Of a DNA stretch of 41,021 bases, positions 6,371 through 14,812 are shown one piece after another (the first letter of the stretch is position 1; each line of letters starts with the position of its first letter). The translations under genes and the position numbers were made by a program. Source of the DNA: a virus (taxonomy: Duplodnaviria; Caudoviricetes); the IMG/VR virus record IMGVR_UViG_3300048599_000828, positions 1-41,021 of that record, one strand, 5' to 3'. Under the pieces are notes generated by a model, which was not told the origin of the DNA, did not search any database, and saw nothing but the letters and a program-made list of their open reading frames with translations.

Positions 6371-7189
6371 ATGGGGCGCATTCGATCCATCAAGCCTGAA
6401 TTCTGGACAAGCGAGCAAATCGTCGAGTGCTCGCCGAGTGCTCGCCTACTGTTCATTGGCTTGTGGAACTTCTGCGACGACGGCGGACGACATCCCGCAT
6501 CGCTCGCTCGAATCAAGATGGAGGTTTTCCCAGCCGACGCCATCACGATCGAAACTATTCGAGGCTGGGTCGATGAGTTGAAAAATGCGCGTGACGAATC
6601 CGGAACTCCTCTCCTAACTGAGTATTCCGTAAATGGTTGCGGATACTGGGAGGTCACCGGTTGGGCGTCTCACCAGCGCGTAGAACGCCCGACGTACAAG
6701 CACCCTGCTCCGGATGGAAAGGTGCCGAATTCGTCGAGTGCTCGTCGAGGCCTCGGCGAGGCCTCGCCCCCGGAGTCGAGTCGAGTCGAGTCGAGTCGAG
6801 TGGATACGACTGATCGATCGATCGATCGAATCGAGTCGATCGACCATTTTCGTGACGAGAAGCCGATCGATTGGAGCGCGGTGGCGTCGTCGGCGAATGC
6901 GATCTGCAAGAAGCTCGCGCTGCCGCCCGGTGATGAGCGCGATCGGAAGATGATCCTCTGCGCGGCCGCGCTGGTTCAGTCCGGGCGATTTCCGGAGGCC
7001 TGGCTTGCCGACTGCGTGGAGGCCGCGAGGGCGACCCAGTCGAAGCAGAAGAAGCCGTGGGCGTACCTCCAGCGGTGCCTGACCAACAAGGCCGCCGAGT
7101 ACCGCGCGAACTTCCCCGCTGAACTGGCCGCGATGGATGTTCCTGCGGCGATGCTGAAGCGAAGGAAGAACCAGGAGGCTCCCGAGTGA
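6371..7189 (+). CDS. Phage replication initiator / replisome organizer-like protein
   Basis: N-terminus MGRIRSIKPEFWTSEQIVECSPSARLLFIGLWNFCDDGGR typical of phage replication proteins; central repeats; C-terminal KKPWAYL DnaD-like motif. Confidence 0.8.
   Translation: MGRIRSIKPEFWTSEQIVECSPSARLLFIGLWNFCDDGGRHPASLARIKMEVFPADAITIETIRGWVDELKNARDESGTPLLTEYSVNGCGYWEVTGWASHQRVERPTYKHPAPDGKVPNSSSARRGLGEASPPESSRVESSRVDTTDRSIDRIESIDHFRDEKPIDWSAVASSANAICKKLALPPGDERDRKMILCAAALVQSGRFPEAWLADCVEAARATQSKQKKPWAYLQRCLTNKAAEYRANFPAELAAMDVPAAMLKRRKNQEAPE
6773..6844. repeat. (GAGTC)5-GAGTG followed by (GATC)4 inside the replication gene; candidate origin
   Basis: GAGTC units at 6773-6797, GATC units at 6812-6827, further GAGTC/GATC to 6841. 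Confidence 0.8.
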
Positions 7190-8157
7190 CCTCCTCCACC
7201 GCCTACCGCTGCACGACCTGCGACCGCACGGTGTTCGCCGACGCGGCCGAGCTCCAGCGCTGCACCGCCCGCAACGGCCAGGCGTGGCAGCGGATCGAAC
7301 GTTACTGCACGCGATGCGGCGAGCGGTACGGCACGGGCGAGCCCTGCTGCCCGCGTTGCCGCAACCCTGAGTTTTCGTTGAACCCTGTTTCTCAATCCCC
7401 AGTTCCCGAGGAGTCGAACACGATGGTGGCGACAGCGACGAAACCCAAGAAGGCTGGCAAGAAACACAAGGCGCCGAAGAAGCCGAAGGCGACCAAGAGC
7501 GAACTGCTCGAGGAGGCCGCCGACCTGCTGAAGCGGATCGAGAAGGCCGAGGAGCGTTGCCAGGAGGCTCTGCGCACGATGCAAGACCTCAAGGACCAGT
7601 ACAAGGAGGCGAAGGAGCGCTACAACGGGGCCGTGAGCGACCTGCGCCGCCTGGCCAGGGCTCGCAAGGAAAAGCTCCCGTTGTTCGACCAAGCAGCGAA
7701 GACCGCCGCGAAGCCGGCCGACGCGTCGACCGACCCCGCGGCGATCGCCACCGACCCGGAAATCGTCCGCGGCAAGCTCGAAGGGCTCTGGCACGACCCG
7801 AGCGTCGAACTGAACGAGACCGAAGAGAAGTTCGTCGACGACGTGCTGGAAGGCCGCGAGAAGCTGGTAGGCATCGCGCTCGACAAGGCGTTGGACGTCA
7901 TCGAGGCCCACGCCAAGCCGGCCGCGGCGGAGCCTGGCGACGCGTGGAAGTCGCACACGCTCGACAAGGCCGACTTCAAGCCGAATCACCGCGACGCACT
8001 GGAAGCCGCCGGCGTTCACACGCTCGGGGAGCTTCAGGCGAAGATGAACGGCCACGGCCAGTTCTGGGCCAAGGAGCTCCGCATCAACGGGAAGTTCAGA
8101 GAGCCGATCGAGGACGCTTTCAACGCGTACCTGATGACGGTCACGGCGGCAGCATAG
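7186..8157 (+). CDS. Hypothetical protein: Cys-rich N-terminus, coiled coil, C-terminal alphaCTD/HhH-like domain
   Basis: GTGA overlap start; CxxC pairs; internal GAGGAG + ATG 7423; C-terminal HRDALEAAGVHTLGEL. Confidence 0.65.
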   Translation: MTSSTAYRCTTCDRTVFADAAELQRCTARNGQAWQRIERYCTRCGERYGTGEPCCPRCRNPEFSLNPVSQSPVPEESNTMVATATKPKKAGKKHKAPKKPKATKSELLEEAADLLKRIEKAEERCQEALRTMQDLKDQYKEAKERYNGAVSDLRRLARARKEKLPLFDQAAKTAAKPADASTDPAAIATDPEIVRGKLEGLWHDPSVELNETEEKFVDDVLEGREKLVGIALDKALDVIEAHAKPAAAEPGDAWKSHTLDKADFKPNHRDALEAAGVHTLGELQAKMNGHGQFWAKELRINGKFREPIEDAFNAYLMTVTAAA

Positions 8158-8169
8158 CACCAGCAGCAC

Positions 8170-8220
8170 GCGCCGGCCGTGGGTGTCACCCGCGACCCGA
8201 CACGCGGCCACGGCCGGCGC
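8170..8220 (+). other. Strong intergenic hairpin
   Basis: Perfect 13-bp IR GCGCCGGCCGTGG/CCACGGCCGGCGC with inner GTGTC/GACAC stem, directly before the RBS of 8235. Confidence 0.55.
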
Positions 8221-8234
8221 TGGGGAGGTAGACC

Positions 8235-8426
8235 ATGCGAGCTTCGATGCCAAAAGCAAAGCGTACTGATCCAGTGATCCGAGCCAAGGCTTTGGAGCTC
8301 GTCGTCTCCGGCGTCACGCTCACCGAGGCGGCCCGCCAGGTCGGCGTCTCGCAGTCGGCACTCTCGGCCTGGCCGGAGGTTCGCAACGCGGCCCGTGCGG
8401 TGCGTGAGAGGAGCAAGCAACCGTGA
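8235..8426 (+). CDS. Small HTH protein
   Basis: RAKALELVVSGVTLTEAARQVGVSQSALSAW; GGAGG RBS. Confidence 0.75.
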   Translation: MRASMPKAKRTDPVIRAKALELVVSGVTLTEAARQVGVSQSALSAWPEVRNAARAVRERSKQP

Positions 8427-8665
8427 TCCAGGCCGACACTTTGCTCCGCCGATCGCCATGTGCCAGGGCCGTGCTCGCCATGCTGCGGTCGGCGGCGCTG
8501 TCGGTGCCCGGGCTGGCCTACGTGTTCTGTGGGCGGTTCGACGAGGCCACGATCCGGCGCTGCGTGCTGGAGCTACGCCGGCTCGGGCTGGTGACGTGGA
8601 GCGGTCGATGGGTGGCGGCCAGGGCAATTGGCTGCGGCAGGGCGAAGGTTTGGAAAGCGAGGTAG
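8423..8665 (+). CDS. Hypothetical, possible winged-helix protein
   Basis: GTGA overlap; EATIRRCVLELRRLGLV..SG pattern. Confidence 0.55.
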   Translation: MIQADTLLRRSPCARAVLAMLRSAALSVPGLAYVFCGRFDEATIRRCVLELRRLGLVTWSGRWVAARAIGCGRAKVWKAR

Positions 8666-8668
8666 CAC

Positions 8669-9157
8669 ATGGACGTTGAAACGACACCGCGGCCAACCAG
8701 GGTAAAGCGGCCACCGCGAGTCAAGGGCCGTAAGCTGAAGGCCGGCCAGCGATCGCTGCGTCACTTGCGTGACCTCGGGTATACGGCCGAGGTCTGCGAG
8801 AAGTACGCCGCACGGGCCGCCGGCAAGGGCCAAGCGGCGATCTTCGCGGGCGGATTCCGTAAGGACCTGTTCGGGTTCGCCGACATTCTTGCCTACAACG
8901 GCGTGGAGACGATTGCCGTGCAGACGACCAGCCGGCAGCAGGTGACCGCGCACGTGCGTGCCTACCGCAAAGACGCCGAGGTGTCGCAACGGATCCGCGA
9001 CTGGATTCGGCATCCTGGCCGGCGACTTGTGCTCCACGGCTGGGAGTGTGTCGAGGTTCCGGCGAAGCGCGGAGGAACCAAGGCCGCGTGGCAACTGACG
9101 GAGCGGGTGATCGCGGCGGAGGACCTGGCCGAGTCGGCGAAAGGCGGTGGAGCGTGA
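8669..9157 (+). CDS. PD-(D/E)XK-like endonuclease, possible Holliday junction resolvase
   Basis: LRDLGYTAEV...KDLFGFADILA....IAVQTTS; position after replication genes. Confidence 0.6.
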   Translation: MDVETTPRPTRVKRPPRVKGRKLKAGQRSLRHLRDLGYTAEVCEKYAARAAGKGQAAIFAGGFRKDLFGFADILAYNGVETIAVQTTSRQQVTAHVRAYRKDAEVSQRIRDWIRHPGRRLVLHGWECVEVPAKRGGTKAAWQLTERVIAAEDLAESAKGGGA

Positions 9158-9732
9158 GCAAGTGCCCGAAGTGCGGAGCGGATCGTCTGATAGCGCAGGA
9201 CATGACCACAGCCCGCTGGAAGCAGGCCGCGGAGAGGATGGTGTCACTCGTCTGGCGGTACTCCGGAATGTGCAACCAGATTATTACCAAGGATGATATA
9301 CGTCGGGTTGACGAGCAGATCGCTGCCGCGATGGGCGAGGCACAGAAGGAAACGCCGCCCGGCCCTCGGGGATGCGGGGAGGAGCAATCCCCCGCCACGT
9401 CGAACGACACCCCGGGGGCCGGCGGGGAGAAAGACCAGATTGTCACCGAGCGATGGGAGTGCGGAGTCTGCGGGCTCCCATGTCGCATCGAGATCGTTGC
9501 GGACGACTCGGCCATTCCGTGGCGCAAAGGACAATCGCGGTTTCGGGATCGCGAGTGCCCTTGCCGAGAGCCAGTGTTTCCAAATTGGACACGATGCGAT
9601 GATCCGCCCTCCGACCCGCTCACCGCGGAGGAGAGGGAGACGGTGGAGCGATGGCGACGAAACTCGCTCGTTGACTGTCACAAGCTGCTCGCCATCATCG
9701 ACCGGATCGCGGGGAGGACCGGGAACACGTGA
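9154..9732 (+). CDS. Hypothetical Cys-containing protein
   Basis: GTGA overlap start (MSKCPKCG); CxxC motifs. Confidence 0.5.
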   Translation: MSKCPKCGADRLIAQDMTTARWKQAAERMVSLVWRYSGMCNQIITKDDIRRVDEQIAAAMGEAQKETPPGPRGCGEEQSPATSNDTPGAGGEKDQIVTERWECGVCGLPCRIEIVADDSAIPWRKGQSRFRDRECPCREPVFPNWTRCDDPPSDPLTAEERETVERWRRNSLVDCHKLLAIIDRIAGRTGNT

Positions 9733-9746
9733 ATGGAGTCGCCGCT

Positions 9747-10229
9747 ATGGCCAGGAAGCTTTCGAAGTCCGAACGACGCCGCGTCGACGACGCGGAGCGT
9801 TCTCGGGCCGTCGCCCCACGCTCCAGGCTCGACCGGCCGCGGCGGATCATGCTCACGGCGGCCGAGGAGGCGGAGATCTTCCGGCTGCGTGCCGACGGTG
9901 CATCGCCGGCCGACATCGCCCGGGCATTCGGACAGCCGCTTGATCTTGTCTGCCGCCTCCTGGGGCTTCGGTGCCAGTCCGAACCAGCGCACATCGACTA
10001 CGAGCTCCGCGACGACGAGGCGTCGCGGTGGATGCGCTACCAGACCACGAAAGCGGCCGAGGCACTGATCCGCGCGCGGATGCGGGAAGGACGGACGCTC
10101 GAAGAGATTTCCGAGGAGTTCGGGCTTCCCCTGGAGGATCTAATCGTCCTGACGACTGGGCAGCGGCGGCTGGAGGATCTCCCTTTCTCGCCGGCACAGC
10201 AGCGCCAGCAGTCCACCCGGACGGGTTGA
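9747..10229 (+). CDS. Tandem-HTH protein, candidate late regulator
   Basis: Two HTH-like units EIFRLRADGASPADIARAFG and IRARMREGRTLEEISEEFG; GGAG RBS; last early gene. Confidence 0.6.
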   Translation: MARKLSKSERRRVDDAERSRAVAPRSRLDRPRRIMLTAAEEAEIFRLRADGASPADIARAFGQPLDLVCRLLGLRCQSEPAHIDYELRDDEASRWMRYQTTKAAEALIRARMREGRTLEEISEEFGLPLEDLIVLTTGQRRLEDLPFSPAQQRQQSTRTG

Positions 10230-10380
10230 TCCGTATCGTGGGCTTCACATAATCGAAGCCATCTGCTAGCCATTGACGCATTGCCCAGTGTTCTCGTCGC
10301 TGGGACCGTGGGACGATGCCGGCACGCTGGGCGGCCTGGAACCACGCCAGGCCGCCCACTGCTGGCCGGGAACTGGCTCG

Positions 10381-10851
10381 ATGGTGGCACCGGCTCGAAA
10401 CACGACGAAGCGTTATCGGCGCGCGCCTGCGCATCCAGGCGGGGCCGGATTCTCTCCGCTGCGCACCGAATTCGTCGGATGTCCGATTCACCGCTGGTGG
10501 ATCTTTGCCATTCCCGGGCGAAGTACGTGGCGGCTGACGGCCGACCTCCGTTTCGAGTGCGTGATCGGCGGTAAGGTCCGCCGGTTCACCGTGCCGAAGG
10601 GCTACGAGACGAACTTCGCGAGCACGCCCTGGTACATCCGGTGGCTGTTCCCCGCTGACGGCCCGTGGACGCCGATCGCCGTCGTGCACGACTGGCTCTA
10701 TTCGCAAGGTCTGGCCGGAGGAAGCCGGCTGTTCGCTGATACGGTGTTTCTGGAAGGGCTCCGGATGCTTTCGGTGCCCGAGATCATGGCCGTGCCCATG
10801 TATCTCGGCGTACGGGCCGGCGGTCGGTCTCATTTTGGAGTGTCGGCATGA
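10381..10851 (+). CDS. DUF1353 domain protein
   Basis: FTVPKGYETNFASTP...AVVHDWLY...ADTVFLEGL...MYLGVRAGG; start uncertain. Confidence 0.85.
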   Translation: MVAPARNTTKRYRRAPAHPGGAGFSPLRTEFVGCPIHRWWIFAIPGRSTWRLTADLRFECVIGGKVRRFTVPKGYETNFASTPWYIRWLFPADGPWTPIAVVHDWLYSQGLAGGSRLFADTVFLEGLRMLSVPEIMAVPMYLGVRAGGRSHFGVSA

Positions 10852-12572
10852 AACGCAAATTACGCGATCTGGCCGAGTTGCTCCTGGTGGTGCTGGTGTT
10901 TGCCGGGGTCGCCGCGGCGATCGCGGAATCGGCCGGCGGCGCCGAGCCGCGAGTCAATGTTCTCGAGTTCTACGCCGATTGGTGCCTCCCATGCCGGGCG
11001 TTCTCGCATACGATCAAGGCATTGATCGCCGAGGGCTACCCGATCACCCGAATCAACGTGGACGCCAACCAGCCAGCGGCAAGGCAGTGGCGGGTGATCG
11101 GACTGCCGACCTGCATCGCGGTGCTAGATGGTCGGGAGATCGCCCGTGTGGAGGGCCAAGTCACGCGGGATCGGGTGCTTGCCCTGTTCAACGCAAACTC
11201 CCCAGCGTCCGCGCCGATCGCCGCGCCGGCTGTTGTGCGGATCGCAAATCAACTCCAGGCTGAAACGAATGTCGGAACGGGCTTCATAGCTGGGCAGGCC
11301 GACGGCCGGGCGGTGGTGTTCACATCCCGCCACCTATTCCGGGAGGGCACAGGGGACGTCTGGATCCGCTTGTTCGATTCTCGGGAGTTGCGGGGAATCC
11401 CCTGGCAACTCGACGCCTCGGCAGATCTGGCCGCGATCGTGATATCGGATCCGGGCATCGAGCCCATGCAGATTGCCGAGGTCGATCCGGCGCCGGGCGA
11501 GCACGTTGTGAGCTACGGTTGGGGCGGTGGCACGTTTGCCGCGAGCCCAGGCCAGGTCATGGAATACAACCCGGCAAACCCGTGGCTGTTCGCCAGTGGG
11601 ACGCAACGCGATGGCGATTCCGGGGCCCCGCTCGTCGACTCCCGGGGGCACGTCGTCGCCTGCCTTTGGGCGCGAACGCCTGCAGGCCAGCGGTACGGAT
11701 GCCGCCCTGGGCCGCTCCGCCGCCTTTTGCTCGCCCTGATTCCTGGATGTCGCCGGCCGATGGTCGCGGTTCCCAGGACTGGCCAAGCCACTCCCAAGCC
11801 GTCGCTCCCGATCCCCAGCCAAACCCCGCCGGCCGTCACTCAGCCGGAACCACCAGCGGCCTCGACAGCGGCGCCCATGACTCCGGCGCCGCTTGTGCCC
11901 CCGACGCCGCCCCAAGCCCTCCCGGCCACACCGGCGTCGGGGGCCTCTCAATCACCGGCGCCAGCGCCGCCCGCGACATCCCCGAGCTCGCCGAGCTCGC
12001 AGACTCCACCGACGCAGAGCTCGACGCCGCCGAGCTCGATGCCGGCCTGGTTGCCTACAGACTCGGCCGGTCCTCAGGCCTCGGGCGTTGAGTCGCAGCC
12101 GGCGAGCTCGGGCAGTTCATATCCCTGGTGGGGAAAATGGCTCGGGCTGGCTGGAATCGCGCTCTGGAGCGTATTTCCATCGTACATGGCGGCAAAGTGG
12201 ATCGCGGGGAAACTGGCGTCGGCGGCGATCCGCCGGGCAGCCACCGCGTCCGGGGCTCTCGGCCACGTTGCCGGCGCTGGAGCCGGCCTGGTTGTCGATC
12301 AGTTCGGGAAGGTCGTCGGCCAGGTCGCGGGTTCGACATCCTCTGCCGTGTCGTCGTCGACTTCGGTGGAGGTTCCAACGGTCCCCGTGATAACGGCTCC
12401 CAATCAAATCAAGACCGAGACCCTGTATGTGTCGGTCCCGGTTGTAGACCCAAGAGAAGAGGCAAAGCGAGCCGCGGAACGACACATCGCGGCGAGCAAC
12501 TCACAAGCTGCGGCGTTTTTCATGTACCGGGATCGCCTGGCGGCGTCCCAACTACCACCCCAATCAGTGTAG
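10848..12572 (+). CDS. Membrane-anchored thioredoxin-like + trypsin-like serine protease fusion with Pro-rich linker
   Basis: N-terminal signal/TM; FYADWCLPC; triad TSRHL / DLAAI / GDSGAP; P/S/T-rich linker; second TM WWGKWLGLAGIALW. Confidence 0.88.
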   Translation: MKRKLRDLAELLLVVLVFAGVAAAIAESAGGAEPRVNVLEFYADWCLPCRAFSHTIKALIAEGYPITRINVDANQPAARQWRVIGLPTCIAVLDGREIARVEGQVTRDRVLALFNANSPASAPIAAPAVVRIANQLQAETNVGTGFIAGQADGRAVVFTSRHLFREGTGDVWIRLFDSRELRGIPWQLDASADLAAIVISDPGIEPMQIAEVDPAPGEHVVSYGWGGGTFAASPGQVMEYNPANPWLFASGTQRDGDSGAPLVDSRGHVVACLWARTPAGQRYGCRPGPLRRLLLALIPGCRRPMVAVPRTGQATPKPSLPIPSQTPPAVTQPEPPAASTAAPMTPAPLVPPTPPQALPATPASGASQSPAPAPPATSPSSPSSQTPPTQSSTPPSSMPAWLPTDSAGPQASGVESQPASSGSSYPWWGKWLGLAGIALWSVFPSYMAAKWIAGKLASAAIRRAATASGALGHVAGAGAGLVVDQFGKVVGQVAGSTSSAVSSSTSVEVPTVPVITAPNQIKTETLYVSVPVVDPREEAKRAAERHIAASNSQAAAFFMYRDRLAASQLPPQSV

Positions 12573-12584
12573 GAGAGAATTCAG

Positions 12585-13544
12585 ATGGCGGAAGCAAACC
12601 AAGTGATCGGCGACATCGGGGCACAGGGAGGCAATCCCGCGATTCTGACGCCCACGGCGATTCCGGACATCGACACCGGAGCCATGAGCGTGAAGATCCC
12701 TGCGGTGCTGACGTCGCTCCTTCCGTTGTGGGTTGCCAACGTTCCCACCGTGTGGCAACAGATGGGCTTGGCCGTGGCCGGTTGCGGCGGGCGACTGCGG
12801 ACGGCTCACCCCATGGTCGAGTACCTCTACAACCGCATCGGTGAGCACCTGCAGGCCGTGATGTTTCACCCCTGCGCGCGGCTGGATCGATGGCCGGAAA
12901 TGGACATCCTGCGGGTCATGCACAACTGCTACACGAACGCCCGCGACTTGTTGAATTCGAACCTGATCGCGGACAGCGTGGAGCGTCCTCGAGCAACGGA
13001 GATCGGAGCTCAATCCATCGCATTCAGGGCGTGGGTACTCCCGTTCTTCGGGAACTATGTTCGCAACCAGCAGATTTTGCTCTGGGCCCGCCGGAACTTG
13101 GAGTTGATGACGATGCTGATCAACTCCAGCGAGAACGCGTTCAGCTACGGCTTCTCCCAGCAGTTTGTCAACAAGATCGCGGTCCCGCTCAATGAAAACT
13201 ACCGGTTCATGTTGATCAACTTGCTCAAGGTCGACCCGGCCAAGGTCACGAACGCGTACGTGGCCGTCGAGGCGGACTTCGCCGCCTATGCCGCGAGCAC
13301 CAAGAGCGTCGATGCCAACCTGATCCAGTCGGAGGGAACGATCGATCCGCTATGGGTGCCCACGGCCAACGACCGCACGTGGTGCGCCGGGGCGTACACG
13401 TTCGCCCAGATCGCTCCGCTGCTGAAGACTTGGCCGGAGAACGCCGCGCCGGCGATCGCCGAGGGATCGAGCGGTTCGGGCTCGACGAGTTCCGGGGCGT
13501 CTGGGTCCGGACAGGCGGCCGGTGGAATCAACACGACCACGTAG
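12585..13544 (+). CDS. Hypothetical protein
   Basis: 319-aa ORF, AGGAG RBS, coding-like codon use, G/S-rich tail. Confidence 0.75.
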   Translation: MAEANQVIGDIGAQGGNPAILTPTAIPDIDTGAMSVKIPAVLTSLLPLWVANVPTVWQQMGLAVAGCGGRLRTAHPMVEYLYNRIGEHLQAVMFHPCARLDRWPEMDILRVMHNCYTNARDLLNSNLIADSVERPRATEIGAQSIAFRAWVLPFFGNYVRNQQILLWARRNLELMTMLINSSENAFSYGFSQQFVNKIAVPLNENYRFMLINLLKVDPAKVTNAYVAVEADFAAYAASTKSVDANLIQSEGTIDPLWVPTANDRTWCAGAYTFAQIAPLLKTWPENAAPAIAEGSSGSGSTSSGASGSGQAAGGINTTT

Positions 13545-13563
13545 CGCAGGCCCCTGGGAGAAT

Positions 13564-13607
13564 GCTCGGCCGTCGTGCGTAGCCGCGCCGGCGGCCGAGC
13601 CGGTTTT
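13564..13607 (+). terminator. Possible intrinsic terminator
   Basis: GCTCGGCCG/CGGCCGAGC stem followed by CGGTTTT. Confidence 0.4.
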
Positions 13608-13643
13608 ACTGTCAATCGACAACGCAAGCAGGAAGGAAACCAG

Positions 13644-13916
13644 ATGATCCGACTCGTTCCCGTGCCGCTCACGATCCTCGTCATTGTCGGTGCCCTGGCA
13701 GTCCACGCCGAGGCGTCCGTCGCGCCGCGTTGCCACGGCGGACAATGCCTCAGCCTGACCGTCGACCATGTCCCCACGATCAAGATCGACACCCCAGCCC
13801 AGGCACCGATCGAGATCACCACGCCGGCCACCGATGAAAAGGCGATCTCGCCCATTCCCGATCCTGGCTCCCGCAAACGCCGTGGGGCACCCCGCCGGCT
13901 GTTCGCCAGGCGATAG
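13644..13916 (+). CDS. Small exported protein
   Basis: AAGGA RBS; signal-like MIRLVPVPLTILVIVGALAVHAEA; C-x4-C; basic tail RRLFARR. Confidence 0.6.
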   Translation: MIRLVPVPLTILVIVGALAVHAEASVAPRCHGGQCLSLTVDHVPTIKIDTPAQAPIEITTPATDEKAISPIPDPGSRKRRGAPRRLFARR

Positions 13917-13991
13917 GACCCGTTCTGGCCGCCCCGGGCCGAGGCGTGCGACTCGGGGAGGCCATGGCGTTTCAGTTGAAAGGATTGCCGC

Positions 13992-14471
13992 ATGTCGAAA
14001 TCACTACTCTTGGCCATCGCCGCCTTGATCGTACAGCGTGCGATCGCGGACGCCGGCGAGTGGAAAGTCCCGGTTGTCCAGCCTCGGGTATGCGATGGCG
14101 ACACCGTGGCCGTGTTTCCGGACTTCCCGCTCAAAGTCCGCCTGAACGGCATCGACACGCCCGAGATGCACGACGAGCGACAGGCCGCAGCCGCCCTGGT
14201 CTGCCGCTTGGCCCTGGCCTGGTGGATCGATCAGGTGCCGGCCGACAAGCTCGAGCTCCGCAGCTCGAGCTGGGACAAGTACGGCGGGAGAGTGCTCGGC
14301 GATCTGGCCGACTCCAGCCGGCCCGACGCTCAGACCGCCTGCCAATGGATGCTGGAGCACGGCTACGGCCGTCCGTACCACGGTGACAAGAAGAGGCCCT
14401 GGACCGACAAGGAACTCGCAGACATCGTCGCCAAGGGCTACCCGAAAACCAAGGAAGCGAAGGGAAAGTAA
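13992..14471 (+). CDS. Thermonuclease (SNase) family protein with signal peptide
   Basis: RVCDGDTV, VRLNGIDTPE, DKYGGRVLG, MLEHGYGRPY.G.KK. Confidence 0.92.
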   Translation: MSKSLLLAIAALIVQRAIADAGEWKVPVVQPRVCDGDTVAVFPDFPLKVRLNGIDTPEMHDERQAAAALVCRLALAWWIDQVPADKLELRSSSWDKYGGRVLGDLADSSRPDAQTACQWMLEHGYGRPYHGDKKRPWTDKELADIVAKGYPKTKEAKGK

Positions 14472-14473
14472 GG

Positions 14474-14800
14474 ATGTCCGCAAGGGACTTTTTGGCAAGG
14501 CGTGACTGGCAATCTGCAATCGAGCGTCTGGGGATCGGCACGGCGATCTGTTGTGCCGTGTTGTTCGGATGCTGGAAAGGGTTGGGCTGGATTGGCGAGA
14601 CGGTCGTAAAGCCGCTCGTCGAGCAGAACGTCGAAACCACACGGGTCTTGCGAGAGCAGTTGCCCCAGCAGACGGCAGTCTTGCGGGCGTTGAGCGATTC
14701 GACGGCCCGACAAGAAACGATGCACGCACAGGACCACGATGCCTTGATGGCGATTGGCCGGGCCGTGGAGAAGGCATGCGAGCAGAGGCCGAAGAACTGA
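14474..14800 (+). CDS. Small membrane protein, holin-like
   Basis: One TM (LGIGTAICCAVLFGCW) plus amphipathic/coiled C-terminus. Confidence 0.5.
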   Translation: MSARDFLARRDWQSAIERLGIGTAICCAVLFGCWKGLGWIGETVVKPLVEQNVETTRVLREQLPQQTAVLRALSDSTARQETMHAQDHDALMAIGRAVEKACEQRPKN

Positions 14801-14812
14801 AAGGGATCGACC

